DNA of 64,000 bases, from positions 43,906 through 107,905 of the forward strand of contig PALG01000017.1 in the NCBI GenBank assembly GCA_002707025.1. Reading direction: 5' to 3'. This stretch comes from Flavobacteriaceae bacterium (GTDB lineage: Bacteria > Bacteroidota > Bacteroidia > Flavobacteriales > Flavobacteriaceae). Position numbers and translations under genes: made by a program. This document shows, piece after piece, positions 50,020 through 58,976 of this stretch. The notes below the pieces were generated by a model. It saw nothing but the letters and a program-made list of their open reading frames with translations. It was not told where the DNA came from and made no database searches. How positions within the stretch are numbered: position 1 is the stretch's first letter; each line of letters begins with the position of its first letter.

Positions 50020-50163
50020 TTTAAAAAAAACCAACGTTGGCTAGGATATCCAGTTTGCCAAAGAACAGCTCACAATTGCCTTGTAAATCAATTGCTTTTG
50101 TGTTTTTGACTTATGAAAGATAAAAAAAAAAAAAGGATACGAAGCAAGTTTTAAATGTTAAAC

Positions 50164-50198
50164 AGGAAAAACCCTGTCATTTAAAAAGGGTTTTTCCT
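50164..50198 (-). terminator. intrinsic terminator after the 50197..51465 gene
   Basis: AGGAAAAACCCT-(11 nt)-AGGGTTTTTCCT, a 12-bp perfect stem overlapping the stop codon. Confidence 0.75.
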
Positions 50199-51465
50199 AT
50201 AATTTTAAATTGAAAGTAAACTTCACCGAGACATTATCTTCAAATTTATCCAAGTTGTAGAAGCCGTAACGATAGGCGAAGCTTAAACCGAAACCAAAGA
50301 GGAGCTTGTTGATTTCAAAACCCGATTCAGAATAGATATTTTCCAGGGTATTGAAAGGCAGTCCTAAGTGTTTTTCCCGTTGTTCCATGGCTCCCAAGGC
50401 ATGACGGGTAATCAAGACCAATTCGGGCTGAAATTTTTCTGAAAAATTAAATCTTCTTAAAGTGTGTTTGGCTCTGAAGGTAAGTAGTTTGCTTGAGAAA
50501 AATTCCCCGAAATACATGGTTTCAAAACTTTGTGTTCCGGCTACCGAAAAGCGTTGCAGGATTTCATCTTTGGTAGGGTTGTTAGGATAAGCATGGTACA
50601 AGTGGGTTAAGGGAACGTCCCCAAAAGCCATCGCTCCTTCCAGGACCAGATGGGAAGACGATAAATCGGTTCGCTTTACAAAATAATCCAACTTTAGTCC
50701 GGCTTTTGTGTAGTTAAAGTCACTGCCTGCAATATCTTTAAAGCCTTGATTAATTTGTGCGCTAATCTTCGGAAAGCCATCGTAGAACTCCTCAATGCCT
50801 TCTTCCGTGGTTAATGATAATGTTTTTGGAGAGTATCGAACTGCTAGGGCAACTTCGGCTAATTTGTAGTTTTCATAAGTAATTCCGTTGTCCAAGTACT
50901 GATAGTTTTCAATCTGTTCAATTCTGCTATGGGACAAACGTATTTCAGAAACTACTTTTTTATGAGGCTCCAGTTGTAAAGCACTTTTCCAGGTGCGATA
51001 GCTATAAAACTGGGTAATGTTGAGCAGTCGTGGTTCAAAAATGGAGTAGGTTCTGTTTTTGGTTAAATATTCGAAACTTCCCATTTCTCGGATATCTTTG
51101 GTGTAGTACAGATTGATCCAAGCATTGTTTTTTTTGTTCAAACGGTAATTTCCCCCGAGACTATATTTAAAGGCATCATCCTTAAAACCATAGGCCGTGT
51201 AGCCTCCAATTTTAAAATTTTCAAAAAGCCGTTCGTTGGTAATCCCTCCAAATCCTAAACGAAAAGATTCATAGTTGTTGTATTTAATAAAATAGCGAAG
51301 ATCAACATCAAAAAACCAGATAGGGTAATATCCGGTTACAAAAGGGCTTAATTTTTTATAGGCTTTTTTGTTTTCTACGGTATCCTTGGAAATTTCCGGC
51401 AATTGAGCAGTGACAGCCAACCCTTGAAAAAGCAGGATAATAAGCGCTATTTTTTTGATTGGCAT
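50197..51465 (-). CDS. outer-membrane beta-barrel protein, unknown function
   Basis: 422 aa with signal peptide ...GLAVTAQ and an alternating beta-strand pattern rich in Tyr/Gly/Phe. It lies downstream of frr. Confidence 0.65.
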   Translation of the reverse strand: MPIKKIALIILLFQGLAVTAQLPEISKDTVENKKAYKKLSPFVTGYYPIWFFDVDLRYFIKYNNYESFRLGFGGITNERLFENFKIGGYTAYGFKDDAFKYSLGGNYRLNKKNNAWINLYYTKDIREMGSFEYLTKNRTYSIFEPRLLNITQFYSYRTWKSALQLEPHKKVVSEIRLSHSRIEQIENYQYLDNGITYENYKLAEVALAVRYSPKTLSLTTEEGIEEFYDGFPKISAQINQGFKDIAGSDFNYTKAGLKLDYFVKRTDLSSSHLVLEGAMAFGDVPLTHLYHAYPNNPTKDEILQRFSVAGTQSFETMYFGEFFSSKLLTFRAKHTLRRFNFSEKFQPELVLITRHALGAMEQREKHLGLPFNTLENIYSESGFEINKLLFGFGLSFAYRYGFYNLDKFEDNVSVKFTFNLKL

Positions 51466-51554
51466 TCGAATGGGTTTGTTTGAAATGTAAAGCTATAAAG
51501 AAAGCGGCAGAATTGCCGCTTTATTATATAATGTTTAACCAAAATGGACAGAAA

Positions 51555-52109
51555 TTATACTTTCATAATTTCTTCTTCTTTTTTGGCAAAAATTTTATCG
51601 ATTTTGGAAATGTGCTCGTCTGTCATTTCCTGAATGTCGATTTCCAAATTTTTCTTCATGTCATCAGAAACATCTAGTTCCTTTATGTCATTATTGGCTG
51701 CTTTTCGATCGTTTCTTACGCCAATTTTAGCTTCTTCGGCTTCGGCTTTGGCTTGTTTTGCCAATTCCTTTCTGCGTTCTTCGGTCAACGGAGGAACATT
51801 GATGATCACACTTTCGCCGTTGTTCATAGGGTTGAAACCTAAGTTGGCTACCATAATCCCTTTTTCAATTTCGGGGATCATTGCCTTTTCCCAGGGTTGA
51901 ATGCTTATCGTCATTCCATCGGGAGTATTTACATTGGCTACTTGGTTTAGTGGAGTAGGGGTGCCGTAATAATCGACCATTACTCCAGAAAGCATAGAAG
52001 GTGAGGCTTTTCCAGCTCTAATGTTGATGAGTTTTTTTTCAAGATGCTTAAGGGCATTGTTCATTGCCTCTTTTGTTCCTTCTAATATTATTTGAATTTC
52101 TTCTTCCAT
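51555..52109 (-). CDS. frr: ribosome recycling factor
   Basis: 184 aa with ...IRAGKASPSMLSGVMVDYYG...LTEERRKELAKQAK.... Confidence 0.93.
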   Translation of the reverse strand: MEEEIQIILEGTKEAMNNALKHLEKKLINIRAGKASPSMLSGVMVDYYGTPTPLNQVANVNTPDGMTISIQPWEKAMIPEIEKGIMVANLGFNPMNNGESVIINVPPLTEERRKELAKQAKAEAEEAKIGVRNDRKAANNDIKELDVSDDMKKNLEIDIQEMTDEHISKIDKIFAKKEEEIMKV

Positions 52110-52148
52110 ATGTTCTTTAACAAATTTATAGACAAAAATTAGACCAAC

Positions 52149-52856
52149 TTATAAATTCACTTTAGTTCCCACGTTTTCTCCCGAAACTACTTTTAACAAG
52201 TTGCCTTTTGTGTTCATGTCAAACACGATAATGGGAAGCTCGTTTTCCTGACTCAGTGTGAAGGCCGTGGTATCCATTACTTTAAGTCCTTTTTTAAGGA
52301 CATCTTCAAATGTAATAAAATCAAATTTAGTGGCGGATGCGTCTTTTTCAGGATCGCTGGTATAAATACCATCTACACGTGTTCCCTTTAAAATGACATC
52401 GGCTTCAATTTCTACAGCACGTAATACAGCAGCAGAATCGGTAGTAAAGTAAGGATTTCCTGTTCCGCCGCTAAAAATAACCACCCTTCCTTTTTCCAGA
52501 TGCCTTATGGCTCTTCTGCGTATAAAAGGTTCGGCAACTTCATTCATTTTAATAGCGCTTTGCAAGCGAGTGTCAACCCCTTCATTTTCCAAGGCACTTT
52601 GTAGGGCTAGTCCGTTTATTACGGTAGCGAGCATTCCCATATGGTCTCCTTGCACACGATCCATGCCACCACTTACACCCGAAACGCCCCTAAAAATATT
52701 TCCTCCTCCAATAACAATGGCAACCTGTACATTGTTTTTAACGATGGCCTTGATTTCTTCAGCATACTCTTTAAGTCTTTTGGGGTCTATCCCATAATTT
52801 TGAGTTCCCATAAGGGCTTCTCCGGAAAGTTTCAGTAAAATTCGTTTGTATTGCAT
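52149..52856 (-). CDS. pyrH: UMP kinase
   Basis: 235 aa with [13 protein letters not shown] and [10 protein letters not shown]. Confidence 0.93.
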   Translation of the reverse strand: MQYKRILLKLSGEALMGTQNYGIDPKRLKEYAEEIKAIVKNNVQVAIVIGGGNIFRGVSGVSGGMDRVQGDHMGMLATVINGLALQSALENEGVDTRLQSAIKMNEVAEPFIRRRAIRHLEKGRVVIFSGGTGNPYFTTDSAAVLRAVEIEADVILKGTRVDGIYTSDPEKDASATKFDFITFEDVLKKGLKVMDTTAFTLSQENELPIIVFDMNTKGNLLKVVSGENVGTKVNL

Positions 52857-52911
52857 AGTGGCGTTTTCTAACGCAAAAATAAATAAAAATTTGGATGCTT
52901 GGGCTAAAAAT

Positions 52912-52948
52912 AAAGACCGCTTTGGGCGAATTGCCTAAAGCGGTCTTT
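52912..52948 (-). terminator. intrinsic terminator after tsf
   Basis: AAAGACCGCTTT-(13 nt)-AAAGCGGTCTTT. Confidence 0.75.
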
Positions 52949-52971
52949 TAAAAAGTTGTATCTAGAATTTC

Positions 52972-53934
52972 TTAAGCTAAGGAAACTCTTTCAAAACCAA
53001 CTACTGAAACATCTCCTTGGTCGGCAACGTATTCGGCAACCGATTTCTTTTCGTCCATGATAAAGTTTTGATCCAACAAACACTTCTCTTGGTCAAGGGT
53101 GGTGTTGTCTGCGATAAAACGCTCTAGTTTTCCAGGAACGATTTTATCCCAGATTTGTTCTGGTTTTCCTTCAGCTTTCAATTCTTCTTTAATATCGGCC
53201 TCAGCTTTTGCAATTACCTCGTCGGTTAACTGTGCTCTTGAAATATAGCTAGGAACATTTTTAAGAGGTTTTCCTAAACGCTTCAATTCTTCGTTATCCT
53301 TTTCAATAGCTGCGATGCGGGCTTCTGTTTCTGAAGCTACAAATGCAGGATCAAAATCTTTGTAAGAAAGCGTCGTAGCTCCCATGGAAGCAACTTGCAT
53401 GGATAGATTTTTAGCGACTTCAGCAGCTCCGTCAAATGACTTGGAAAGGCCTACTAAAGCACCAATTTTATTTCCGTGGATGTAAGAACCGATAAAAGGA
53501 GCCTCTAAGGTTTTGAAGGCACCAATTTCTATTTTCTCACCAATTACCCCTGTTTGCTCTGTCAATTTTTCCTGAACACTGATTCCGTTGAAATCTGCAG
53601 CCAAGAATTCCTCCATTGAGTTGCTATTCAAAGCGATTTCAGCAAAATCGTGTGCTAATTTTACAAAGTCGTCATTTTTAGCAACGAAGTCCGTTTCACA
53701 ATTTAAGGAAACGATCACCCCTTTATTGGCAGCGTCGTTTACTTTTGCGATAACAGCACCTTCGCTAGAATCACGATCGGCTCTTTTTTCAGCAATTTTC
53801 TGACCTTTTTTACGAAGGATTTCAATGGCTTTGTCAAAATCACCTTCGGCTTCCACCAAAGCTTTTTTACAATCCATCATTCCGGCTCCGGTTTTTTGTC
53901 TTAATTCGTTTACCTGTGCAGCGGTTATTTTCAT
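52972..53934 (-). CDS. tsf: translation elongation factor Ts
   Basis: N-terminal UBA-like ITAAQVNELRQKTGAGMMDCKKALVEAEGDFDKAIEILRKKG. Confidence 0.93.
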   Translation of the reverse strand: MKITAAQVNELRQKTGAGMMDCKKALVEAEGDFDKAIEILRKKGQKIAEKRADRDSSEGAVIAKVNDAANKGVIVSLNCETDFVAKNDDFVKLAHDFAEIALNSNSMEEFLAADFNGISVQEKLTEQTGVIGEKIEIGAFKTLEAPFIGSYIHGNKIGALVGLSKSFDGAAEVAKNLSMQVASMGATTLSYKDFDPAFVASETEARIAAIEKDNEELKRLGKPLKNVPSYISRAQLTDEVIAKAEADIKEELKAEGKPEQIWDKIVPGKLERFIADNTTLDQEKCLLDQNFIMDEKKSVAEYVADQGDVSVVGFERVSLA

Positions 53935-54014
53935 GATATGTATGTTTTTAAAATCAATCCAAACTAGAAGTATTTCCTAACAAGAATCGATTTTTACTAT
54001 TATGATTTTGTTAT

Positions 54015-54803
54015 TTATTCTTCTTCTGAACTTGCTTTTGCAGTTACCGCAGTAGCTCTTTTTCGTACCGACTTTTTCTCTTTTGGTTCTTTGTTGTCAT
54101 CTCCTTTACCTGCTTTTCTTTCAGCAAGACCATCGATAATAGCGTTACTAACGCTGGTCATGATTTTGTCGATAGACTTAGAAGCATCATCGTTTGAAGG
54201 AATGACATAATCAATAGGACGAGGGTCGCTATTGGTATCAACCATGGCAAAAATTGGAATGTTCAATTTTTGAGCTTCTTTTACAGCAATATGCTCACGG
54301 GTAGTATCTACAATAAACAAAGCTCCTGGAAGGCGGCTCATGTCATTAATAGATCCTAAGTTTTTTTCCAATTTCGCACGAAGACGATCCACAGCCAAAC
54401 GCTCTTTTTTGGAAAGGGTAGCGAAGGTACCATCTTGCTTCATTCTGTCGATAGAAGCCATTTTCTTCACAGCTTTACGAATGGTTACAAAGTTGGTAAG
54501 CATTCCGCCAGGCCATCTTTCAGTGATGTAAGGCATGTTGGCATTTTTTGCTTTCTCTGCAACAATGTCTTTCGCTTGCTTTTTAGTGGCTACGAAAAGG
54601 ATTTTTCTTCCACTCGCTGCAATTTTTTTCAAGGCTTCATTCGCCTCTTCTAGTTTTGCAGAAGTTTTGTAAAGATTGATAATGTGGATTCCGTTACGCT
54701 CCATGTAGATGTAGGGCGCCATGTTAGGATTCCATTTACGGGTTAGGTGACCAAAGTGTACACCTGCGTCAAGTAGTTCCTTGACTTCTTTGTTGTTTGC
54801 CAT
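54015..54803 (-). CDS. rpsB: 30S ribosomal protein S2
   Basis: LLDAGVHFGHLTRKWNPNMAPYIY, with a Lys/Glu-rich C-terminal tail. Confidence 0.93.
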   Translation of the reverse strand: MANNKEVKELLDAGVHFGHLTRKWNPNMAPYIYMERNGIHIINLYKTSAKLEEANEALKKIAASGRKILFVATKKQAKDIVAEKAKNANMPYITERWPGGMLTNFVTIRKAVKKMASIDRMKQDGTFATLSKKERLAVDRLRAKLEKNLGSINDMSRLPGALFIVDTTREHIAVKEAQKLNIPIFAMVDTNSDPRPIDYVIPSNDDASKSIDKIMTSVSNAIIDGLAERKAGKGDDNKEPKEKKSVRKRATAVTAKASSEEE

Positions 54804-54930
54804 TTTGTTTTAGTTTACGTTCTGTTTAGATAGCAACCTTTCCTTCAAATATGAATTGTTTGGTTTAGATGCTAAACTAACTCCGCCGGCAGCGGATAAC
54901 AGCTTGTTTAATAAAAATATGAACTTATAT

Positions 54931-54970
54931 AACACGATTGGATATCCCGTATGAGATACCCAATCGTGTT
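54931..54970 (-). terminator. intrinsic terminator after rpsI
   Basis: AACACGATTGGATATC...GATACCCAATCGTGTT: 11 bp perfect plus 4 more bp after one mismatch. Confidence 0.7.
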
Positions 54971-54977
54971 GAAAATA

Positions 54978-55364
54978 TTAACGTTTAGAGAACTGGAATT
55001 TCTTACGGGCTTTCTTCTGTCCAAATTTCTTACGCTCTACCATTCTTGGGTCTCTGGTAAGTAATCCTTCTGGCTTTAAAACGCCCCTGTTTTCTTCATT
55101 CAATTCGCACATGGCTCTAGAGATTGCCAAGCGAACTGCTTCAGCCTGTCCAGTAATACCTCCACCATATACATTCACTTTAATGTCAAATGTATTTTCG
55201 TTATTGGTCAACATTAAAGGCTGCTGTACCTTATAACGTAGGGTGGCGGTTGTAAAATAATTATCAAATTCGCGGTTGTTAACCGTGATGTTCCCTTTTC
55301 CTTCAGCAACATATACACGAGCAACAGCGGTTTTTCTTCTTCCTATTTTGTGAATTGTGTCCAT
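54978..55364 (-). CDS. rpsI: 30S ribosomal protein S9
   Basis: 128 aa with [20 protein letters not shown] and C-terminal ...[12 protein letters not shown]. Confidence 0.93.
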   Translation of the reverse strand: MDTIHKIGRRKTAVARVYVAEGKGNITVNNREFDNYFTTATLRYKVQQPLMLTNNENTFDIKVNVYGGGITGQAEAVRLAISRAMCELNEENRGVLKPEGLLTRDPRMVERKKFGQKKARKKFQFSKR

Positions 55365-55819
55365 TACTTGTTGTCGTTAAGTTTAATAACTTTAGGTTTT
55401 TGAGCTTCTTGTCCGTGCTCTTCTCCAGCGTATACTTTTAGGTTTCTGAAAAGTTCCGCTCCTAGTTTGTTCTTCGGAAGCATTCCTTTTACCGCCTTTT
55501 CGATTACACGAGCAGGATCTTTTTCGTACAGTTCTTTTGCAGTAAGAGAACGTTGCCCTCCAGGATACCCCGTGTGACGGATGTATTCTTTCGAATCCCA
55601 TTTTTTACCGGTTAGAACAATTTTTGAAGCATTGGTTACCACAACGTTGTCGCCACAATCCACATGGGGTGTGAAATTAGGTTTGTGTTTTCCGCGAAGT
55701 AATTTAGCAACTTCGCTCGCAAGACGACCCAATGCTAAGCCGTCCGCATCTACCAATACCCATTCTTTAGTAACGGTATTTTTGTTGGCAGATACTGTTT
55801 TGTAACTTAATGTGTCCAT
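55364..55819 (-). CDS. rplM: 50S ribosomal protein L13
   Basis: 151 aa with [21 protein letters not shown] and HTGYPGG. 1-nt overlap with rpsI. Confidence 0.93.
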   Translation of the reverse strand: MDTLSYKTVSANKNTVTKEWVLVDADGLALGRLASEVAKLLRGKHKPNFTPHVDCGDNVVVTNASKIVLTGKKWDSKEYIRHTGYPGGQRSLTAKELYEKDPARVIEKAVKGMLPKNKLGAELFRNLKVYAGEEHGQEAQKPKVIKLNDNK

Positions 55820-55871
55820 CAGTTTTTTGTCAAATAGTTAATAATCATTGAAATCCTCGTAAAGAGGGGTG

Positions 55872-55879
55872 CAAATGTA
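55872..55879 (-). promoter_or_regulatory. -7 box TACATTTG for rplM-rpsI
   Basis: The plus strand reads CAAATGTA, ~50 nt upstream of the rplM ATG. Confidence 0.5.
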
Positions 55880-56034
55880 ATGCTATTTATTTGAATAACA
55901 AACATGCATATTTTTATTTTTAGGGAAAAACGATTCCAAATGTTAAAAAAATCTTAAATACATAAATGTTCTGTCACATAAGCCCTTACCTTGAAGTCTA
56001 TTAATGCATCAATCAAAAACCACAACGACCAACC

Positions 56035-58674
56035 ATGACCTTCCGTCGATTTGCTTTGGCAACCCTTCTTTTTTATTCAGGATTTTTGTTTTCTCAAGAT
56101 GAAAAGCCAGACTCCACTACTAAAACCTACGAAAAAAGAGTGTATACTGCTGCTTCCATAGTAGGGACAGGAAGTATAACAATTGATGGGAAAATTGACG
56201 AAGGGGCATGGAACGTGGTGGAGTGGACGACCAATTATACCGAGTTTGAACCCGACGTGGGTACCCCGCCCACCGAGCAGACCAAAATGAAAATTGCTTA
56301 CGATGAAAAAAACCTCTACATCGCTTTTCGTTGTTACGAAGCAGATCCTTCCAAAATTGTGAATAGAATGGGCCGAAGGGATTCTTTTGCAGGCGATTGG
56401 GTAGAGGTCAATATTGATAGCTATAATGATGACCGAACGGGTTTTTCATTCACGGTAAGTGCTTCGGGGGTAAAAGGAGATGAGTTTATTTCTAATAATG
56501 GAGATAATTGGGACACTAGCTGGAATCCTATTTGGTATGTAGACACCCAAATTGATGCCGAAGGCTGGACCGCTGAAGTTCGAATTCCATTTAGCCAGTT
56601 ACGTTTCGGAAATAATGAAGAACAAGTTTGGGGGTTACAGTCTACCCGTAGGTATTTCAAAAATGAAGAACGATCTACTTGGCAGCCGTTACCCGCTAAT
56701 CCTCCTGGCTGGGTTAGTGAATTTGGGGAGTTGCGCGGACTTTTCGGTTTAAAACCCCAAAAACAGTTGGAAATTCAACCGTATACCGTCGCGCAGTTGG
56801 ATACGTATGAAAAAGAAGAAGGAAACCCTTATCGAGATGGAAGTGATACTCGTTTAACAGGAGGTCTGGATGCCAAGATAGGAGTGACCAACGATCTTAC
56901 TGTAGACCTTACTATCAATCCCGATTTTGGTCAGGTAGATGCCGACCCCGGTGCCATTGCCCTCGATGGTTTTGAAATATTTTTTGAAGAGCGGAGACCG
57001 TTTTTTGTAGAAAATAAAAGTGTATTCGATTATAATTTTGCGGGAAACCAGGATAATCTTTTCTTTTCTAGAAGAATTGGGAGAACTCCGCAGGGAAGTG
57101 ATTTTGGACCCGCCACAGCTTTTGTGGATCAACCCAATAATACCACAATTTTAGGAGCTGCCAAATTAAGCGGAAAAACCAAAGACGGTTGGACACTGGG
57201 TGTTTTGGAAAGTGTTACGGCTGAAGCTTACGCCGATGTGATCAATGAGGATGGGGAAGAATCGGAAGTGCTGGTTGAGCCCTTGACCAATTATTTTGTA
57301 AGTCGCGTACAAAAGGACTTCAACAACCGAAATAGCTACGTAGGAGGTATTTTTACAAGTACCACCCGAAATATGGCAGAAAACCTTCAGTTTTTACACA
57401 GCCACGCCTATTCTGGCGGATTGGATTTTAAACACAATTGGAAAGACCGAAAATATTATGTGGAAGGTAGTTCGGTGTTTAGTCATGTAAGGGGTTCTGC
57501 GGAAGCTATCACTGCAACTCAAAACTCCTTGACGCATTTATTTCAAAGAGTAGATGCCGACCATGTAGCGGTAGATCCTAATAAAACCTCCCTTACAGGC
57601 TCTGGGGGTAGGTTTGAAATAGGAAAAAGTGGTGGGGATTGGCGCTATAATCTTGGGGGGAATTGGCGTTCTCCTGAGTTGGAGTTGAACGATATCGGAT
57701 TTCTTAGACAAGCCGATGAAATAAGGCAATATGCCAATATTAGAAGATTGTGGAACAAACCCAGCAGTTGGTTCCGACAAGCCAATTTAGGACTCAATCA
57801 GTTTAGTTCGTACGATTTTGAAGGAAATTATAACCGAATAGAGTATGAGCTAAATGGTTATGTAAATTGGAAAAATAATTGGTGGACCGAAGGAGGGGTC
57901 GCCCATAAGCCTCGAATTTTCACCAATACGGTTTTGCGTGGAGGTCCAAGATGGCGATGGAGTGAGGAAAATTATTTTTATTTGTTTTCGGGAACCGATA
58001 GCCGCAAAAAGTTTTATATGCATGTAGGCCATGTTAACTCTTGGGCCAAGCAAGATAATTTTGCCCTTCAAAGATATGTGCTACGTTTGTATTACCAACC
58101 CTTAAATACGCTAAACCTTTCCTTGATAACTGAGTTCGAGGAGAGTCCCAACAAGACCCAGTATGTTACAGAAGCTACCTTCAGGGGAACGCCTCGCTAC
58201 ATTTTGGGCGAAATAGACAATAGCTCCTTAAGTACCACTTTGCGGGTAAATTATAGCATCAATCCTAATTTATCGATTCAGTATTATGGACAGCCCTTTA
58301 TTTTTAATGCGGAATATTCCAATTTTAATTATGTAGACAATCCTATCGCTGAAGATTTGAATGAACGGGTGAATTGGTATACGGCCAATCAAATCTCCTC
58401 TGAGGAGGGGGTTTATTCTATAGATGAAAACCAAGACGGTATCACCGATTATTCTTTTAGTGACCCCAATTTTTCTTATGTGCAATTCCGATCTAATCTT
58501 GTGGTTCGATGGGAGTACATCCCAGGTTCCGAAATCTTTTTGGTATGGTCGCAGGGAGTTACCGGAGTGGGAGACCCTACCAACGATTTTAAAACTATTA
58601 TTGACAATCAATTGTTCCGTCAAAAACCACAAAACACTTTCCTAATTAAAGCCACTTACCGATTTGTCTTATGA
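56035..58674 (+). CDS. CBM9-like / DUF5916-family outer-membrane-associated protein
   Basis: 879 aa with a signal peptide and an N-terminal CBM9-like ITIDGKIDEGAWN...NLYIAFRCYE. The INPDFGQVDADPGAIALDGFEIFFEERRPFF block is recalled as typical of DUF5916. The C-terminal half is beta-rich and ends ...ATYRFVL. Confidence 0.7.
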   Translation: MTFRRFALATLLFYSGFLFSQDEKPDSTTKTYEKRVYTAASIVGTGSITIDGKIDEGAWNVVEWTTNYTEFEPDVGTPPTEQTKMKIAYDEKNLYIAFRCYEADPSKIVNRMGRRDSFAGDWVEVNIDSYNDDRTGFSFTVSASGVKGDEFISNNGDNWDTSWNPIWYVDTQIDAEGWTAEVRIPFSQLRFGNNEEQVWGLQSTRRYFKNEERSTWQPLPANPPGWVSEFGELRGLFGLKPQKQLEIQPYTVAQLDTYEKEEGNPYRDGSDTRLTGGLDAKIGVTNDLTVDLTINPDFGQVDADPGAIALDGFEIFFEERRPFFVENKSVFDYNFAGNQDNLFFSRRIGRTPQGSDFGPATAFVDQPNNTTILGAAKLSGKTKDGWTLGVLESVTAEAYADVINEDGEESEVLVEPLTNYFVSRVQKDFNNRNSYVGGIFTSTTRNMAENLQFLHSHAYSGGLDFKHNWKDRKYYVEGSSVFSHVRGSAEAITATQNSLTHLFQRVDADHVAVDPNKTSLTGSGGRFEIGKSGGDWRYNLGGNWRSPELELNDIGFLRQADEIRQYANIRRLWNKPSSWFRQANLGLNQFSSYDFEGNYNRIEYELNGYVNWKNNWWTEGGVAHKPRIFTNTVLRGGPRWRWSEENYFYLFSGTDSRKKFYMHVGHVNSWAKQDNFALQRYVLRLYYQPLNTLNLSLITEFEESPNKTQYVTEATFRGTPRYILGEIDNSSLSTTLRVNYSINPNLSIQYYGQPFIFNAEYSNFNYVDNPIAEDLNERVNWYTANQISSEEGVYSIDENQDGITDYSFSDPNFSYVQFRSNLVVRWEYIPGSEIFLVWSQGVTGVGDPTNDFKTIIDNQLFRQKPQNTFLIKATYRFVL

Positions 58675-58739
58675 TCAGGCTTTTATGTTAATATATTCCA
58701 AAAAGTGATAAAAGTCACTTTTATTTTTTCTGAAAATGA

Positions 58740-58747
58740 TATCTTTG
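58740..58747 (+). promoter_or_regulatory. -7 box TATCTTTG
   Basis: Consensus TAnnTTTG in the intergenic region, ~90 nt upstream of a strong terminator. Confidence 0.4.
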
Positions 58748-58753
58748 CCCCAT

Positions 58754-58865
58754 TCACCGAAGAAATTTGAATTTAATCTAACGCTATAAAAGTATTATGG
58801 AATTAATCTAATTTAATTTCATAATTGTAAGGTTGGCGCTTCCGCAAGGGAGCGCCTTTTTTTTT
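58754..58865 (+). ncRNA. candidate ~110-nt small RNA or terminated 5' leader (hypothetical)
   Basis: Bounded by the -7 box at 58740..58747 and the terminator at 58835..58865. No ORF longer than a few codons lies inside. Confidence 0.3.
58835..58865 (+). terminator. intrinsic terminator (9-bp stem, GCAA tetraloop, T9)
   Basis: GGCGCTTCC-GCAA-GGGAGCGCC followed by TTTTTTTTT. Confidence 0.8.
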
Positions 58866-58976
58866 GTTTCATCGACTTATTCTTCATGTCAACGAATTTA
58901 TCCAACTTTTTGGTCAAATACCAAAGCTAAGAAATCACTTGGTATTTAATTTGTAGTGAGAAAGAAAAAGAAAATT

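Noticed and set aside
46290-50200. Calling the AT-rich island a mobile element.
   Set aside because: No transposase, integrase, recombinase, conjugation gene or terminal inverted repeats are visible. Only a short imperfect direct repeat is present. It is reported as a compositional island or finding, not as a mobile_element feature.
51459-51677. 72-aa plus-strand ORF bridging the OMP start and the frr 3' end.
   Set aside because: It overlaps two well-supported minus-strand genes and contains a poly-Phe stretch derived from the antisense of Lys/Glu-rich frr codons.
54804-54930. Possible structured autoregulatory leader upstream of rpsB: GTTTAGAT direct repeat at 54824 and 54863, hairpins GTTTAG-ATG-CTAAAC and CCGC-CGGCA-GCGG.
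   Set aside because: The only near-consensus -7 box on the rpsB strand (CATATTTG, plus-strand 54846..54853) lies downstream of these hairpins, so they would not be in the mRNA. The stems are short (4-6 bp). I cannot support a leader RNA without transcript data.
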